Shown piece after piece: positions 44,045 to 45,935 of a stretch of DNA of 45,935 bases. Made by a program: the position numbers and the translations under genes. The stretch's first letter is position 1; each line of letters opens with the position of its first letter. Under the pieces are notes generated by a model. The model was not told the DNA's origin. It searched no databases and saw only the letters and a program-made list of their open reading frames with translations. Source of the DNA: Thermoplasmata archaeon (lineage in GTDB: Archaea; Thermoplasmatota; Thermoplasmata; GCA-020350865); the NCBI GenBank assembly GCA_020348445.1, contig CP070751.1, positions 951,416 through 997,350 on the forward strand, given 5' to 3'.

Positions 44045-44168
44045 CTGATTGATTCCAATACTTCCTGGGGGAGAAATCCCCCTGAGCCGCAGGAAATCAT
44101 TGATTTCCGAGGGGTAATGCTCATGTTTAATGAGCATGTATCCCCCTTTTTCTTTTTCATTTCTAAGT
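44045..44168 (+). ncRNA. Candidate structured RNA or DNA element S, copy 2
   Basis: Same three hairpins as 39403-39526, with differences mostly in loops; ends on the ATPase stop codon. Confidence 0.55.
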
Positions 44169-45449
44169 GAGATCCAACAACCATTTCCATACAGGAATGA
44201 ACTCGATCTTCTTTTTATCAATGATACTTTCATCTTCATAATCCCAAGTGATTATCTTCAGATTCTTGCATTTTAATAATTCAGCTCCTTTTAACAGACT
44301 TTTTATTTCCCTTCTTTCTACTTCGTCGGAACCTGATGCCTTTGTAACCTGGATAAGAGAGTCAATTTTCTTTCCTTTTTGGAGTACAAAATCGATTTCC
44401 CTGCTCTGATAATCTCTCCAATAATATATCTTTAGTTTCCTATCAATTGATCTTCTTCTCATCAAGTCTAGATATACAATATTTTCCATCAATCGTCCAA
44501 AGTTCTCACTTACGGAATGCGATATAGTGTTTATTAGTCCACAATCTATTACATAAACCTTTTTAGGAGAATTCATCACTTCTTTAGGTTTTGATGAGTA
44601 CTTATCAACGAGCTGGACAAGATAGGCTTCGGAAAGATAGTCCCCATAATTCTTTGCCGTATGTACGCTTTTTATATCATGAGTATTTTTAAGCTTGTTA
44701 TAACTGATTAGATTCGAGAAATTCGAGATTATTGTAGTGGACATTTCTTTGAATGTTTTTACATATTTTAGATTATGTCTGAGAATGATATCTTTTGATA
44801 TTATCGAAGAATATAGAGATGATATATATGTGTTCATTATAGTGGGTTTCTTAACGACTTCCGGAAAGCCACCGATTTTAATATACTCCTCAAGATATCG
44901 TTTGAGCGCAGCTTTGCCTCTAGTAGTGGTCTTTGGAATTTTAACACCCTTCCAAACAAGAAATTCGCCAAACGAGAATGGCAGCATCTCGATTTGAACT
45001 GTTCTGCCTGTGAGATGAGTGGAAAGCTCCTGGCTGAGCAGGTTTGCGTTGCTACCTGTGATAAACAAATTTATTTTACTTCTTTGCAGTCTGTTTACAA
45101 AGAGCTCCCAACCGTAAATATTCTGCACCTCATCCAAAAGGAGTTCTTTGAAGTCACCATAATGCTGATAAAGGGCCTCCAGTATGTTATTCAGATCCTC
45201 TTTTTCTGCAAAGGCAAGCCTCTCATCATCGAAATTCACTGATGCATATCTTTTATTCTGTAGAAGAAGATGAGTAAAAACCGTTTTACCAGATCTTCTG
45301 ACACCTGTCGTGACCTTTACAAGGTCATTATTAACGTAATCTTTGTAGAAATCTAGCTGCTCTCTTTCGATTAGATTCTCGTGTTTGTAGAATCTATCTC
45401 TTTCCTCGGCCTGGTCCTCGATAACATCCCTTATTGCTGTTTTCTTCAT
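44163..45449 (-). CDS. AAA_14 + DUF4143 ATP-binding protein
   Basis: TGVRRSGKT, LLDEVQ, ITGSN, GGFPE, KVYVIDCGL, LMENIV, YYWRD...EIDFV, IQVT. Confidence 0.93.
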   Translation of the reverse strand: MKKTAIRDVIEDQAEERDRFYKHENLIEREQLDFYKDYVNNDLVKVTTGVRRSGKTVFTHLLLQNKRYASVNFDDERLAFAEKEDLNNILEALYQHYGDFKELLLDEVQNIYGWELFVNRLQRSKINLFITGSNANLLSQELSTHLTGRTVQIEMLPFSFGEFLVWKGVKIPKTTTRGKAALKRYLEEYIKIGGFPEVVKKPTIMNTYISSLYSSIISKDIILRHNLKYVKTFKEMSTTIISNFSNLISYNKLKNTHDIKSVHTAKNYGDYLSEAYLVQLVDKYSSKPKEVMNSPKKVYVIDCGLINTISHSVSENFGRLMENIVYLDLMRRRSIDRKLKIYYWRDYQSREIDFVLQKGKKIDSLIQVTKASGSDEVERREIKSLLKGAELLKCKNLKIITWDYEDESIIDKKKIEFIPVWKWLLDLT

Positions 45450-45461
45450 GTTAAATAGTAA

Positions 45462-45504
45462 TGCACACTTTATATATAAAGTTTGCAGTCATAGTGCACA
45501 CTTT
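45462..45504. promoter_or_regulatory. Near-perfect palindrome centred on a TATA box, plus an extra half-site
   Basis: TGCACACTTT-ATATAT-AAAGTTTGCA (45462-45487) and TGCACACTTT (45495-45504), 13 bp upstream of the ATG. Confidence 0.65.
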
Positions 45505-45550
45505 CAAACACCCTTCCGTATGTCCACTTTGGCTTTTTTTCTCAAACATT

Positions 45551-45654
45551 GGATATCCAGAAATCCCATGACCTCGTGCACCCTTCTCTCCCTTAGGTGT
45601 TCTTTGCGTTCCCCTTTCCTCATTCCTGGTCCTATAATGTGTGCGGTTTTAGAT
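45551..45654 (+). repeat. Pyrimidine-rich flank element Y, copy 2
   Basis: Partner of 30286-30389; again just left of a G-rich repeat. Confidence 0.8.
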
Positions 45655-45684
45655 CTACTATAAGGCGCTGCAAAATAGTAAACA

Positions 45685-45801
45685 TCGACCCAAGATGGGG
45701 GCTAGGAGTGTGGGGAATTTGGTGGGGGATTGGAAAACCAGGGGAGTCGGGAGGGTGGTTCGGGGTTGGGAAAGGGGGGAGGAGGGGATTAGGGGATGCG
45801 G
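45685..45801 (+). repeat. G-rich dispersed repeat, copy I
   Basis: Same core as copy A. Confidence 0.92.
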
Positions 45802-45935
45802 ATTGTGGTGGGAAATTGACATCAGAGGGATTGCCGGCCTTCACACGGCACAAAAAAGTGTCTGAGGAAGGGCGATGTGAGGAAATATATTGAGGATGAT
45901 ACTTTCTAATAGATGCAGGGATTAAAGAAAGAGAT

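Noticed and set aside
39397-44134. Small minus-strand peptide in element S (MLIKDEHCPSEICDF..., MLIKHEHYPSEINDF...)
   Set aside because: Both copies are open, but most differences are non-synonymous and fall in hairpin loops, and the lengths differ (32 vs 44 aa). Structure explains the conservation better; not fully excluded.
39403-44168. Hammerhead ribozyme reading of element S (CTGATCGA/CTGATTGA ... GAAA)
   Set aside because: The core would be CUGA-NN-GA rather than CUGANGA, and a stem II closing before GAAA forms poorly in copy 2 and not at all in copy 1.
23591-45853. Pro-rich ORFs over the G-rich repeat (23591..23788, 40574..40825, 45632..45853, 34803..35036, and + strand 23473, 37722, 45597)
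   Set aside because: They are translations of the repeat. Copies differ by single-base indels (A has +1, F has -1 relative to G), and no start or stop is shared.
1-45935. IS elements, integrase, tRNA or rRNA
   Set aside because: No ORF shows DDE, HUH, tyrosine/serine recombinase or RT motifs, and I found no cloverleaf or rRNA-like segment.

Overview
About 46 kb of archaeal-type accessory DNA. Thermoplasmata-like origin is an inference from the PKD, PQQ-propeller, NosD and TSP3 surface proteins and the TATA-type promoters. No rRNA, tRNA, CRISPR, integrase, transposase or reverse transcriptase was recognised. The left 23 kb is mostly large secreted or membrane-anchored surface proteins, plus a lipoprotein serpin. 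The right 23 kb holds a cupin trio, a PKD-membrane-wHTH regulator pair, a GH16-like plus M23 peptidase fusion, four toxin-antitoxin pairs, two AAA_14/DUF4143 ATPases and a beta-helix protein. The main unexplained structure is non-coding. A ~110-bp G-rich, non-palindromic element occurs as 8 intact copies plus 1 degenerate copy, all in one orientation. From 34.8 kb onward each interval between copies contains one 1-2 gene module, like a cassette array without classical attC sites. The element's right end is the same small hairpin that follows the stop codon of genes carrying a conserved ~160-aa C-terminal module ending in WEVPL. One copy is joined to an orphan 12-codon WEVPL tail. A second family of ~34-bp GGCATGCC-centred imperfect palindromes shares its left arm with the WEVPL coding sequence. 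Two further paired flank elements occur next to the G-rich copies, one of them a three-hairpin ncRNA candidate. Together these suggest, as a hypothesis only, a repeat-guided system that swaps cassettes and grafts foreign enzyme domains onto a surface-display tail.
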